Source: Eledone cirrhosa
Lineage: Eukaryota
Reading direction: 5' to 3'
Length of the DNA stretch: 64,000 nt
Assembly (NCBI GenBank): GCA_964016885.1
Contig: OZ024744.1
Span: forward strand, 18,848,001-18,912,000
In this document: one piece after another, positions 1 through 13,150 of the stretch
How positions within the stretch are numbered: position 1 is the first letter of the stretch
Layout: every line of letters starts with the position of its first letter
Made by a program: the position numbers and the translations under genes
The notes under the pieces: generated by a model
Databases searched by the model: none
What the model was told of the DNA's origin: nothing
What the model saw: only the letters and a program-made list of their open reading frames with translations

Positions 1-1730
1 TATCACTGTATGTTTGTGTATGTATGTGTCACTCTGTATGTCACTGTATATTTCTATATGTCTGTGTCACTGTGTATATCACTGTATGTTTCTGTATATC
101 TGTGTCACTGTGTATGTCACTGTGTGTTTCTTATGGCTGTGTCACTGTGTATGTCACTGTATCTTTGTGTATGTCTGTGTCACTGTGTATGTCACAGTGT
201 GTTTCTGTATGTCTGTGTCACTGTCTATGTCACTGTATGTTTCTGAATGTCTGTGTCACGGTGTATATCACTGTGTTTGTGTATGTCTGTGTCACTGTAT
301 GTTTCTGTATGTCTGTGTCACTGTGTATGTCACTGTGTGTTTCTGTATGTCTGTGTCACTGTGTATGACATTGTATCTATGTGTATGTCTGTGTCACTGT
401 GTATGTCACTGTATGTTTCTGTATGTTTGTGTCACTGTGTATGTCACTGTGTGTTTCTGTAGGTCTGTGTCTCTGTGTATGTCACTGTATGTTTCTGTAT
501 GTCTGTTTCACTGTGTATGTCACTGTGTCTTTATGTATGTCTGTGTCACTCTGTATGTCACTGTATATTTCTGTATGTCTGTGTCACTGTGTATGTCACT
601 GTATGTTTCTGTATGTCTGTTTCACTGTGTATGTCACTGTGTCTTTATGTATGTCTGTGTCACTCTGTATGTCACTGTATATTTCTGTATGTCTGTGTCA
701 CTGTGTATGTCACTGTATGTTTCTGTATGTCTGTGTCACTGTGTATGTCACTGTATCTTTGTGTATGTCTGTGTCCCTGTGTATGTCACTGTATGTTTCT
801 GTATGTTTGTGTCACTGGGTATGTCACTGTGTGTTTCTGTATGTCTGTGTGACTGTGTATGTCACTGTGTGTGTGTGTATGTCTGTGTCACTGTATGTTT
901 CTGTATGTCTGTGTCACTGTGTATGTCACTGTGTGTTTCTGTATGTATGTGTCACCGTGTATGTCACTGTATCTTTGTGTATGCCTGTGTCACTGTGTAT
1001 GTCACTGTGTGTTTCTGTATGTTTGTGTCACTGTGTATGTCACTAAATGTTTGTGTGTGTCTGTGTCACTGTGTATGTCACTGTTTGTTTGTGTATGTCT
1101 GTGTCACTGTGTATGTCATTGCATCTTTGTGTATGTCTGTGTCACTGTGTATGTCACTGTGTGTTTCTGTATGTCTGTGTCACTGTGTATGTCACTGTAT
1201 GTTTCTGTATGTCTGTTTCACTGTGTATGTCACTGTATATTTGTGTATGTCTGTGTCACTCTGTATGTCACTGTGTGTTTCTGTATGTCTATGTCACTAT
1301 GTATGCCACTGTATATTTGTGTTGTCTGTGTCATTGTGTATGTCACTGGGTGTTTCTGTATGTCTGTGTCACTGTGTAAGTCATTGTATCTTTGTGTATG
1401 TCTGTGGCACTCTGTATGTCGTTGTGTGTTTCTGTATGTATGTGTCTCTGTGTATGTCACTGTATATTTGTGTATGTATGTGTCACTGTGTATGTCACTG
1501 TGAGTTTCTCTACGTCTGTGTCACTGTGTATGTCACTGTATGTCTCTGTATGTCTGTGTCACTGTCTATGTCACTGTATCTTTGTGTATGTCTGTGTCAC
1601 TGTGTATGTCACTGTGTGTTTATGTATTTCTGTGTCTCTGTGTATGCCACTGTATCTTTGTGTATGTCTGCGTCACTGTGTATGTCACTGTGTGTTTCTG
1701 TATGTCTGTGTCACTGTGTATGTCGCAGTG
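1..1730. repeat. Near-identical copy of 19412-~21220 (tail of HOR-B), lacking two monomers (76 bp) near 1370
   Basis: Matching ORFs at offset 19411 (247/19658, 381/19792, 475/19886, 859/20270), then 19487 (1392/20879, 1540/21027). Confidence 0.88.
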
Positions 1731-1779
1731 TGTTTCTGTATGTTTGTGTCACTGTGTATGTCACTAAATGTTTGTGTGT

Positions 1780-4700
1780 GTCTGTGTCTCTGTGTATGTC
1801 ACTGTTTGTTTGCGTGTGTCTGTGTCACTGTGTATGTCACTGTGTGTTTCTGTATGTCTGTGTGACTGTGTATGTCACTGTGTGTTTGTGTATGTCTGTG
1901 TCACTGTATGTTTCTGTATGTCTGTGTCACTGTGTATGTCACTGTGTGTTTCTGTATGTATGTGTCACCGTGTATGTCACTGTATCTTTGTGTATGCCTG
2001 AGTCACTGTGTATGTCACTGTGTGTTTCTGTATGTTTGTGTCACTGTGTATGTCACTAAATGTTTGTGTGTGTCTGTGTCTCTGTGTATGTCACTGTGTG
2101 TTTGCGTGTGTCTGTGTCACTGTGTATGTCACTGTGTGTTTCTGTATGTCTGTGTGACTGTGTATGTCACTGTTTGTTTGTGTATGTCTGTGTCACTGTG
2201 TGTGTTTCTGTATGTCTGTGTCACTGTGTATGTCATTGCATCATTGTGTATGTCTGTCTTACTCTGTATGTCACTGTGTGTTTCTGCATGTCTGTGTCAC
2301 TGTGTATGTCACTGTGTGTTTCTGTATGTCTGTGTCACGGTGTATGTCACTGTATGTTTGTGTGTGACTGTGTCACTGTGTATGTCACTGTGTGTTTGTG
2401 TATGTCTGTGTCACTGTATGTTTCTGTATGTCTGTGTCACTGTGTATGTCACTGTGTGTTTCTGTATGTCTGTGTCACTGTGTATGTCATTGTATCTTTG
2501 TGTATGTCTGTGTCACTGTGTCTTTATTATATGTCTGTGTCACTCTGTATGTCACTGTATATTTCTGTATGTCTGTGTCACTGTGTATATCACTGTATGT
2601 TTCTGTATGTCTGTGTCACTGTGTATGTCACTGTGTGTTTGTGTATGTCTGTGTCACTGTATGTTTCTGTATGTCTGTGTCACTGTGTATGTCACTGTGT
2701 GGTTCTGTATGTCTGTGTCACTGTGTATGACATTGTATCTTTGTGTCTGTCTGTGTCACTGTGTATGTCACTGTATGTTTCTGTATGTTTGTGTCACTGT
2801 GTATGTCACTGTGTGTTTCTGTATGTCTGTGTCCCTGTGTATGTCACTGTATGTTTCTGTATGTCTGTTTCACTGTGTATGTCACTGTGTATTTATGTAT
2901 GTCTGTGTCACTCTGTATGTCATTGTATATTTCTGTATGTCTGTGTCACTGTGTATGTCACTGTATGTTTCTGTATGTCTGTGTCACTGTGTATGTCACT
3001 GTATGTTTCTGTATGTCTGTGTCACTGTGCATGTCACTGTATATTTGTGTATGTCTGTGTCCCTGTGTATGTCACTGTATGTTTCTGTATGTTTGTGTCA
3101 CTGTGTATGTCACTGTATATTTGTGTATGTCTGTGTCCCTGTGTATGTCACTGTGTGTTTCTGTATGTCTGTGTCACTGTGTATGTCACTGTGTGTTTCT
3201 GTATATTTGTGTCACTGTGTATGTCACTAAATGTTTGTGTGTGTCTGTGTCTCTGTGTATGTCACTGTTTGTTTGCGTGTGTCTGTGTCACTGTGTATGT
3301 CACTGTGTGTTTCTGTATGTCTGTGTGACTGTGTATGTCACTGTGTGTTTGTGTATGTCTGTGTCACTGTATGTTTCTGTATGTCTGTGTCACTGTGTAT
3401 GTCACTGTGTGTTTCTGTATGTATGTGTCACCGTGTATGTCACTGTATCTTTGTGTATGCCTGTGTCACTGTGTATGCCACTGTGTGTTTCTGTATGTTT
3501 GTGTTAATGTGTATGTCACTAAATGTTTGTGTGTGTCTGTGTCTCTGTGTATGTCACTGTGTGTTTGCGTGTGTCTGTGTCACTGTGTATGTCACTGTGT
3601 GTTTCTGTATGTCTGTGTCACTGTGTATGTCACTGTATGTTTCTGTATGTCTGTTTCACTGTGTATATCACTGTGTGTTTCTGTATGTCTGTGTCACTGT
3701 ATATGTCACTGTATCTTTGTGTATGCCTGTGTCACTGTCTATGTCACTGTATGTTTATGTATGTCTGGTTCACTCTGTATGTCACTGTATATTTGTGTAT
3801 GTCTGTGTCACTCTGTATGTCACTGTGTGTTTCTGTATGTCTGTGTCACTATGTATGCCACTGTATATTTGTGTTGTCTGTGTCATCGTGTATGTCACTG
3901 TGTCTTTCTGTATGTATGTATCACTGTGTATGTCACTGTGTGTATCTGTATGTCTGTGTCACTGTGTAAGTCATTGTATCTTTGTGTATGTCTGTGGCAC
4001 TCTGTATGTCGTTGTGTGTTTCTGTATGTACGTGTCTCTGTGTATGTCACTGTATATTTGTGTATGTATGTGTCACTGTGTATGTCACTGTGTGTTTCTG
4101 TATGTCTGTGTCTCTGTGTATGTCACTGTATCTTTGTGTATGTATGTGTCACTGTGTATGTCACTGTGTGTTTCTGTATGTCTGTGTCACTGTGTATATC
4201 ACTGTGTGTTTCTGTATATCTGTGTCTCTGTGTATGTCACTGTATCTTTGTGTATGTCTGGGTCATTGTGTATGTCACTGTATATTTGTGTATGTCTGTG
4301 TCACGGTGTATATCACTGTATGTTTGTGTATGCCTGTGTCACTGTGTATGTCACTGTATGTTTCTGTATGTCTGTGTCACTGTGTATATCAATGTGTGTT
4401 TCTGTATCTCTGTGTCACGGTGTATGTCACTGCATGTTTGTGTATGTCTGTGTGACTGTGTATGTCACTGTGTGTTTCTGTATGGCTGTGTCACTGTGTA
4501 TGTCACTGTATCTTTGTGTATGTTTGTATCACTGTGTATGTCACTGTGTGTTTATGTATGTCTGTGTCTCTGTGTATGTCACTGTATCTTTGCGTATGTC
4601 TGCGTCACTGTGTATGTCACTGTGTGTTTCTGTATGTCTGTGTCACTGTGTATGTCACAGTGTGTTTCTGTATATCTGTGTCTCTGTGTATGTCACTGTA

Positions 4701-7700
4701 TCTTTGTGTATGTCTGTGTCACTGTGTATGTCACTGTATGTTTCTGTATGTATGTTTCACTGTGTATGTCACTAAATGTTTGTGTGTGTCTGTGTCTCTG
4801 TGTATGTCACTGTGTGTTTGCGTGTGTCTGTGTCACTGTGTATGTCACTGTGTGTTTCTGTATGTCTGTGTGACTGTGTATGTCACTGTTTGTTTGTGTA
4901 TGTCTATGTCACTGTGTGTGTTTCTGTATGTCTGTGTCACTGTGTATGTCATTGCATCTTTGTGTATGTCTGTGTCACTGTGTATGTCACTGTATGTTTC
5001 TGTATGTCTGTGTCACTGTGTATGTCACTGTATCTTTGTGTATGTCTGTGTCCCTGTGTATGTCACTGTTTGTTTCTGTATGTTTGTGTCACTGTGTATG
5101 TCACTGTGTATTTCTGTATGTCTGTGTCACTGTGTATGTCACTGTGTGTTTCTGTATGTTTGTGTCACTGTGTATGTCACTAAATGTTTGTGTGTGTCTG
5201 TGTCTCTGTGTATGTCACTGTTTGTTTGCGTGTGTCTGTGTCACTGTGTATGTCACTGTGTGTTTGTGTATGTCTGTGTGACTGTGTATGTCACTGTGTG
5301 TTTGTGTATGTCTGTGTCACTGTATGTTTCTGTATGTCTGTGTCACTGTGTGTGTCACTGTGTGTTTCTGTATGTATGTGTCACCGTGTATGTCACTGTA
5401 TCTTTGTGTATGCCTGTGTCACTGTGTATGTCACTGTGTGTTTCTGTATGTTTGTGTCACTGTGTATGTCACTAAATGTTTGTGTGTGTCTGTGTCTCTG
5501 TGTATGTCACTGTGTGTTTGCGTGTCTCTGTGTCACTGTGTATGTCACTGTGTGTGTTTCTGTATGTCTGTGTCACTGTGTATGTCATTGCATCTTTGTG
5601 TATGTCTGTCTCACTCTGTATGTCACTGTGTGTTTCTGCATGTCTGTGTCACTGTGTATGTCACTGTGTGTTTCTGTATGTCTGTGTCACTGTGTATGTC
5701 ACTGTATGTTTCTGTATGTCTGTTTCACTGTGTATATCACTGTGTGTTTCTGTATGTCTGTGTCACTGTATATGTCACTGTATATTTGTGTATGCCTGTG
5801 TCACTGTCTATGTCACTGTATGTTTCTGTATGTCTGTTTCACTGTGTATGTCACTGTATATTTGTGTATGTCTGTGTCACTCTGTATGTCACTGTGTGAT
5901 TCTGTATGTCTATGTCACTATGTATGCCACTGTATATTTGTGTTGTCTGTGTCATTGTGTATGTCACTGGGTGTTTCTGTATGTCTGTGTCACTGTGTAT
6001 GACACTGTGTCTTTCTGTATGTATGTATCACTGTGTATGTCACTGTGTGTATCTGTATGTCTGTGTCACTGTGTAAGTCATTGTATCTTTGTGTATGTCT
6101 GTGGCACACTGTATGTCGTTGTGTGTTTCTGTATGTATGTGTCTCTGTGTATGTCACTGTATATTTGTGTATGTATGTGTCACTGTGTATGTCACTGTGA
6201 GTTTCTCTACGTCTGTGTCACTGTGTATGTCACTGTATGTCTCTGTATGTCTGTGTCACTGTCTATGTCACTGTATCTTTGTGTATGTCTGTGTCACTGT
6301 GTATGTCACTGTGTGTTTATGTATTTCTGTGTCTCTGTGTATGCCACTGTATCTTTGTGTATGTCTGCGTCACTGTGTATGTCACTGTGTGTTTCTGTAT
6401 GTCTGTGTCACTGTGTATGTCGCAGTGTGTTTCTGTATATATGTGTCTCTGTGTATGTCAATGTATCTTTGTGTATGTCTGTGTCACTGTGTGTTTCTGT
6501 ATGTCTGTGTCACTGTGTATGTCACTGTATGTTTGTGTGTGTCTGTGTCACTGTGTATGTCACTGTGTGTTTGTGTATGTCTGTGTCACAGTATGTTTCT
6601 GTATGTCTGTGTCACTGTGTATGTCACTGTTTGTTTCTGTATGTATGTGTCACTGTGTATGTCACCGTATGTGTGTGTATGTCTGTGTCACGGTGTATGT
6701 CACTGTATCTTTGTGTATGCCTGTGTCACTCTGTATGTCACTGTGTGTTTTTGTATGTCTGTGTCACTGTGTATGTCACTGTATGTTTGTGTGTGTCTGT
6801 GTCACTGTGTATGTCAATGTCTCTGTGTGTTTCTGTATGTCTTTGTCTCTGTGTATGTCACTGTATCTTTGTGTATGTATGTGTCACTGTGTATGTCACT
6901 GTGTGTTTCTGTATGTCTGTGTCACTGTGTATATCACTGTGTGTTTCTGTATATCTGTGTCTCTGTGTATGTCACTGTATCTTCGTGTATGTCTGGGTCA
7001 CTGTGTATGTCACTGTATATTTGTGTATGTCTGTGTCACTGTGTATGTCACTGTATGTTTCTGTATGTCTGTGTCACTGTGTATATCAATGTGTGTTTCT
7101 GTATCTCTGTGTCACGGTGTATGTCACAGCAGGTTTGTGTATGTCTGTGTGACTGTGTATGTCAATGTGTGTTTCTGTATGGCTGTGTCACTGTGTATGT
7201 CACTGTATCTTTGTGTATGTCTGTGTCACTGTGTATGTCACAGTATGTTTCTGTATGTCTGTGTCACTGTCTATGTCACTGTATGTTTCTGAATGTCTGT
7301 GTCACTGTGTATGTCACTGTGTTTCTGTATGTCTGTGTCACGATGTATGTCACTGTATGTTTGTGTGTGACTGTGTCACTGTGTATGTCACTGTATGTTT
7401 GTGTATGTCTGTGTCACTGTATGTTTCTGTATGTCTGTGTCACTGTGTATGTCATTGTGTGTTTCTGTATGTCTGTGTCACTGTGTATGTCATTGTATAT
7501 TTGTGTATGTCTGTGTCACTGTGTATGTCACTGTATGTTTCTGTAAGTTTGTGTCACTGTGTATGTCACTGTGTGTTTCTGTATGTCTGTGTCTCTGTGT
7601 ATGTCACTGTATGTTTCTGTATGTCTGTTTCACTGTGTATGTCACTGTGTCTTTATGTATGTCTGTGTCACTCTGTATGTCACTGTATATTTGTGTATGT

Positions 7701-10700
7701 CTGTGTCACTGTGTATGTCACTGTATGTTTCTGTATGTTTGTGTCACTGTGTATGTCACTGTATGTTTCTGTATGTCTGTTTCACTGTGTATGTCACGGT
7801 GTCTTTATGTATGTCTGTGTCACTCTGTATGTCACTGTATATTTCTGTATGTCTGTGTCACTGTGTATGTCACTGTATGTTTCTGTATGTCTGTGTCACT
7901 CTGTATGTCACTGTATGTTTCTGTATGTCTGTTTCACTGTGTATGTCACTGTATGTTTCTGTATGTCTGTCTCACTGTGTATGTCACTGTGTGTTTCTGT
8001 ATGTCTGTGTCACTCTGTATGTCACTGTATATTTCTGTATGTCTGTGTCACTGTGTATGTCACTGTATGTTTCTGTATGTCTGTGTCACTCTGTATGTCA
8101 CTGTATGTTTCTGTATGTCTGTTTCACTGTGTATGTCACTGTATGTTTCTGTATGTCTGTCTCACTGTGTATGTCACTGTGTGTTTCTGTATGTCTGTGT
8201 CACTCTGTATGTCACTGTATGTTTCTGTATGTCTGTTTCACTGTGTATGTCACTGTATGTTTCTGTATGTCTGTCTCACTGTTTATGTCACTGTATGTTT
8301 CTGTATATCTGTTTCACTGTGTATGTCACTGTATATTTGTGTATGTCTGTGTCACTCTGTATGTCACTGTGTGTTTCTGTATGTCTGTGTCACTATGTAT
8401 GCCACTGTATGTTTGTGTTATCTGTGTCATTGTATATGTCACTGGGTGTTTCTGCATGTCTGTGTCACTGTGTATGACACTGTGTGTTTCTGTATGTATG
8501 TATCACTGTGTATGTCACTGTGTGTTTCTGTATGTCTGTGTCACTATGTAAGTCATTGTATCTTTGTGTATGTCACTGTGTATTTCTGTATGTCTGTGTC
8601 ACTGTGTATGTCACAGTGTGTTTCTGTATATCTGTGTCACTGTGTATGTCACTGTATGTTTCTGTATGTATGTTTCACTGTGTATGTCACTAAATGTTTG
8701 TGTGGGTCTGTGTCTCTGTATATGTCACTGTGTGTTTGCGTGTGTCTGTGTCACTGTGTATGTCACTGTGTGTTTCTGTATGTCTGTGTGACTGTGTATG
8801 TCACTGTTTGTTTGTGTATGTCTGTGTCACTGTGTGTGTTTCTGTATGTCTGTGTCACTGTGTATGTCATTGCATCTTTGTGTATGTCTGTGTCACTCTG
8901 TATGTCACTGTGTGTTTCTGCATGTCTGTGTCACTGTGTATGTCACTGTGTGTTCCTGTATGTCTGTGTCACTGTGTATGTCACTGTATGTTTCTGTATG
9001 TCTGTTTCACTGTGTATATCACTGTGTGTTTCTGTATGTCTGTGTCACTGTATATGTCACTGTATCTTTGTGTATCCCTGTGTCACTGTCTATGTCACTG
9101 TATGTTTCTGTATGTCTGTTTCACTGTGTATGTCACTGTATATTTGTGTATGTCTGTGTCACTCTGTATGTCACTGTGTGTTTCTGTATGTCTGTGTCAC
9201 TATGTATGCCACTGTATGTTTGTGTTGTCTGTGTCATTGTGTATGTCACTGGGTGTTTCTGTATGTCTTTGTCACTGTGTATGACACTGTGTCTTTCTGT
9301 ATGTATGTATCACTATGTATGTCACTGTGTGTATCTGTATGTCTGTGTCACTGTATATGTCACTGTATCTTTGTGTATCCCTGTGTCACTGTCTATGTCA
9401 CTGTATGTTTCTATATGTCTGTTTCACTGTGTATGTCACTGTATATTTGTGTATGTCTGTGTCACTCTGTATGTCACTGTGTGTTTCTGTATGTCTGTGT
9501 CACTATGTATGCCACTGTATGTTTGTGTTGTCTGTGTCATTGTGTATGTCACTGGGTGTTTCTGTATGTCTGTGTCACTGTGTAAGCCATTGTATTTTTG
9601 TGTATGTCTGTGGCACTCTGTATGTCGTTGTGTGTTTCTGTATGTATGTGTCTCTGTGTATGTCACTGTATATTTGTGTATGTATGTGTCACTGTGTATG
9701 TCACTGTGAGTTTCTCTATGTCTGTGTCACTGTGTATGTCACTGTATGTCTCTGTATGTCTGTGTCACTGTCTATGTCAGTGTATCTTTGGGTATGTCTG
9801 TGTCACTGTGTATGTCACTGTGTGTTTATGTATTTCTGTGTCTCTGTGTATGCCACTGTATCTTTGTGTATGTCTGCGTCACCGTGTATGTCACTGTGTG
9901 TTTCTGTATGTCTGTGTCACTGTGTATGTCACTGTGTGTTTGTGTATGTCTGTGTCACTGTATGTTTCTGTATGTCTGTGTCACTGTGTATGTCACCGTA
10001 TGTGTGTGTATGTCTGTGTCACTGTGTATGTCACTGTATGTTTGTGTGTGTCTGTGTCACTGTGTATGTCAATGTCTCTGTGTGTTTCTGTATGTCTGTG
10101 TCTCTGTGTATGTCACTGTATCTTTGTGTATGTATGTGTCACTGTGTATGTCATTGTGTGTTTCTGTATGTCTGTGTCACTGTGTATATCACTGTGTGTT
10201 TCTGTATATCTGTGTCTCTGTGTATGTCACTGTTTGTTTGCGTGTGTCTGTGTCACTGTTTATGTCACTGTGTGTTTCTGTATGTCTGTGTGACTGTGTA
10301 TGTCACTGTGTGTTTGTGTATGTCTGTGTCACTGTATGTTTCTGTATGTCTGTGTCACTGTGTATGTCACTGTGTGTTTCTGTATGTTTGTGTCACTGTG
10401 TATGTCACTAAATGTTTGTGTGTGTCTGTGTCTCTGTGTATGTCACTGTGTGTTTGCGTGTGTATGTGTCACTGTGTATGTCACTGTGTGTTTCTGTATG
10501 TCTGTGTGACTGTGTATGTCACTGTTTGTTTGTGTATGTCTGTGTCACTGTGTGTGTTTCTGTATGTCTGTGTCACTGTGTATGTCATTGCATCTTTGTG
10601 TATGTCTGTCTCACTCTGTATGTCACTGTGTGTTTCTGCATGTCTGTCTCACTGTGTATGTCACTGTGTGTTTCTGTATGTCTGTGTCACGGTGTATGTC

Positions 10701-12800
10701 ACTGTATGTTTGTGTGTGACTGTGTCACTGTGTATGTCACTGTGTGTTTGTGTATGTCTGTGTCACTGTATGTTTCTGTATGTCTGTGTAACTGTGTATG
10801 TCACTGTGTGTTTCTGTATGTCTGTGTCACTGTGTATGTCATTGTATCTTTGTGTATGTCTGTGTCACTGTGTCTTTATGTATGTCTGTGTCACTCTGTA
10901 TGTCACTGTATATTTCTGTATGTCTGTGTCACTGCGTATGTCACTGTATCTTTGTGTATGTCCGTGTCACTGTGTATGTCACAGTGTGTTTCTGTATGTC
11001 TGTGTCACTGTCTATGTCACTGTATGTTTCTGAATGTCTGTGTCACTGTGTATGTCACTGTGTGTTTGTGTATGTCTGTGTCACTGTATGTTTCAGTATG
11101 TCTGTGTCACTGTGTATGTCACTGTGTGTTTCTGCATGTCTGTGTCCCTGTGTATGTCACTGTATGTTTCTGTATGTCTGTTTCACTGTGTATGTCACTG
11201 TGTATTTATGTATGTCTGTGTCACTCTGTATGTCACTGTATATTTCTGTATGTCTGTGTCACTGTGTATGTCACTGTATGTTTCTGTATGTCTGTGTCAC
11301 TGTGTATGTCACTGTATGTTTCTGTATGTCTGTGTCACTGTGTATGTCACTGTATATTTGTGTATGTCTGTGTCCCTGTGTATGTCACTGTGTGTTTCTG
11401 TATGTTTGTGTCACTGTGTATGTCACTGTGTGTTTCTGTATGTCTGTGTCACTGTGTATGTCACTGTGTGTTTCTGTATGTTTGTGTCACTGTGTATGTC
11501 ACTAAATGTTTGTGTGTGTCTGTGTCTCTGTGTATGTCACTGTTTGTTTGCGTGTGTCTGTGTCACTGTGTATGTCACTGTGTGTTTCTGTATGTCTGTG
11601 TGACTGTGTATGTCACTGTGTGTTTGTGTATGTCTGTGTCACTGTATGTTTCTGTATGTCTGTGTCACTGTGTATGTCACTGTGTGTTTCTGTATGTATG
11701 TGTCACCGTGTATGTCACTGTATCTTTGTGTATGCCTGTGTCACTGTGTATGTCACTGTGTGTTTCTGTATGTTTGTGTTACTGTGTATGTCACTAAATG
11801 TTTGTGTGTGTCTGTGTCTCTGTGTATGTCACTGTGTGTTTTTGTGTGTCTGTGTCACTGTGTATGTCACTGTGTGTTTCTGTATGTCTGTGTCACTGTG
11901 TATGTCACTGTATGTTTCTGTATTCTGTTTCACTGTGTATATCACTGTGTGTTTCTGTATGTCTGTGTCACTGTATATGTCACTGTATCTTTGTGTATGC
12001 CTGTGTCACTGTCTATGTTACTGTATGTTTATGTATGTCTGTTTCACTCTGTATGTCACTGTATATTTGTGTATGTCTGTGTCACTCTGTATGTCACTGT
12101 GTGTTTCTGTATGTCTGTGTCACTATGTATGCCACTGTATATTTGTGTTGTCTGTGTCATTGTGTATGTCACTGTGTCTTTCTGTATGTATGTATCACTG
12201 TGTATGTCACTGTGTGTATCTGTATGTCTGTGTCACTGTGTAAGTCATTGTATCTTTGTGTATGTCTGTGGCACTCTGTATGTCGTTGTGTGTTTCTGTA
12301 TGTACGTGTCTCTGTGTATGTCACTGTATATTTGTGTATGTATGTGTCACTGTGTATGTCACTGTGTGTTTCTGTATGTCTGTGTCTCTGTGTATGTCAC
12401 TGTATCTTTGTGTATGTATGTGTCACTGTGTATGTCACTGTGTGTTTCTGTATGTCTGTGTCACTGTGTATATCACTGTGTGTTTCTGTATATCTGTGTC
12501 TCTGTGCATGTCACTGTATCTTTGTGTATGTCTGGGTCACTGTGTATGTAACTGTATATTTGTGTATGTCTGTGTCACGGTGTATATCACTGTATGTTTG
12601 TGTATGTCTGTGTCACTGTGTATGTCACTGTATGTTTCTGTATGTCTGTGTCACTGTGTATATCAATGTGTGTTTCTGTATCTCTGTGTCACGGTGTATG
12701 TCACTGCATGTTTGTGTATGTCTGTGTGACTGTGTATGTCTCTGTGTGTTTCTGTATGGCTGTGTCACTGTGTATGTCACTGTATCTTTGTGTATGTCTG
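1780..12800. repeat. Left-hand HOR-A-type domain (~8.3-kb period), homologous to ~49.4-57 kb; boundaries approximate
   Basis: ORF pairs 2060/10412 (offset 8352) and 3231/11506 (8275). Long-range pairs 3335/51047, 3982/51694 and 4776/52488 (47712), and 6089/53877 and 7395/55183 (47788). Confidence 0.8.
9035..9580. repeat. Local 303-bp-offset duplication (8x38-1)
   Basis: The rare variant GTATCCCTG occurs at ~9072 and ~9375, each followed by the 37-bp GTGTTGTCT monomer. Confidence 0.78.
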
Positions 12801-12889
12801 TGTCACTGTGTATGTCACAGTGTGTTTCTGTATGTCTGTGTCACTGTCTATGTCACTGTATGTTTCTGAATGTCTGTGTCACTGTGTAT

Positions 12890-13150
12890 GTCACTGTGTG
12901 TTTCTGTATGTCTGTGTCACGGTGTATGTCACTGTATGTTTGTGTGTGACTGTGTCACTGTGTATGTCACTGTGTGTTTGTGTATGTCTGTGTCACTGTA
13001 TGTTTCTGTATCTCTGTGTCACTGTGTATGTCACTGTGTGTTTCTGTATGTCTGTGTCACGGTGTATGTCACTGTATGTTTGTGTGTGACTGTGTCACTG
13101 TGTATGTCACTGTGTGTTTGTGTATGTCTGTGTCACTGTATGTTTCTGTA
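12890..13150. repeat. Local 140-bp tandem duplication (3x38+26), also at ~33480-33740, single copy at ~23840-23960
   Basis: CACGGTGTATG...TTTGTGTGTGACTG occurs at ~12918 and ~13058. The copy1-copy2 offset drops from 10945 to 10805 across it. Confidence 0.8.

Noticed and set aside
866-882. Z-DNA or G-quadruplex potential
   Set aside because: Alternating purine-pyrimidine runs are short (about 17 bp at best here, ~20277 and ~56307) and are broken by TC/CT/TT steps. GG is rare, so no G4 is expected.
1230-1460. Minus-strand 76-aa Thr/His/Gln-rich ORF (also 9436-9666)
   Set aside because: It is a chance opening through the divergent landmark cassette where TGA codons are mutated.
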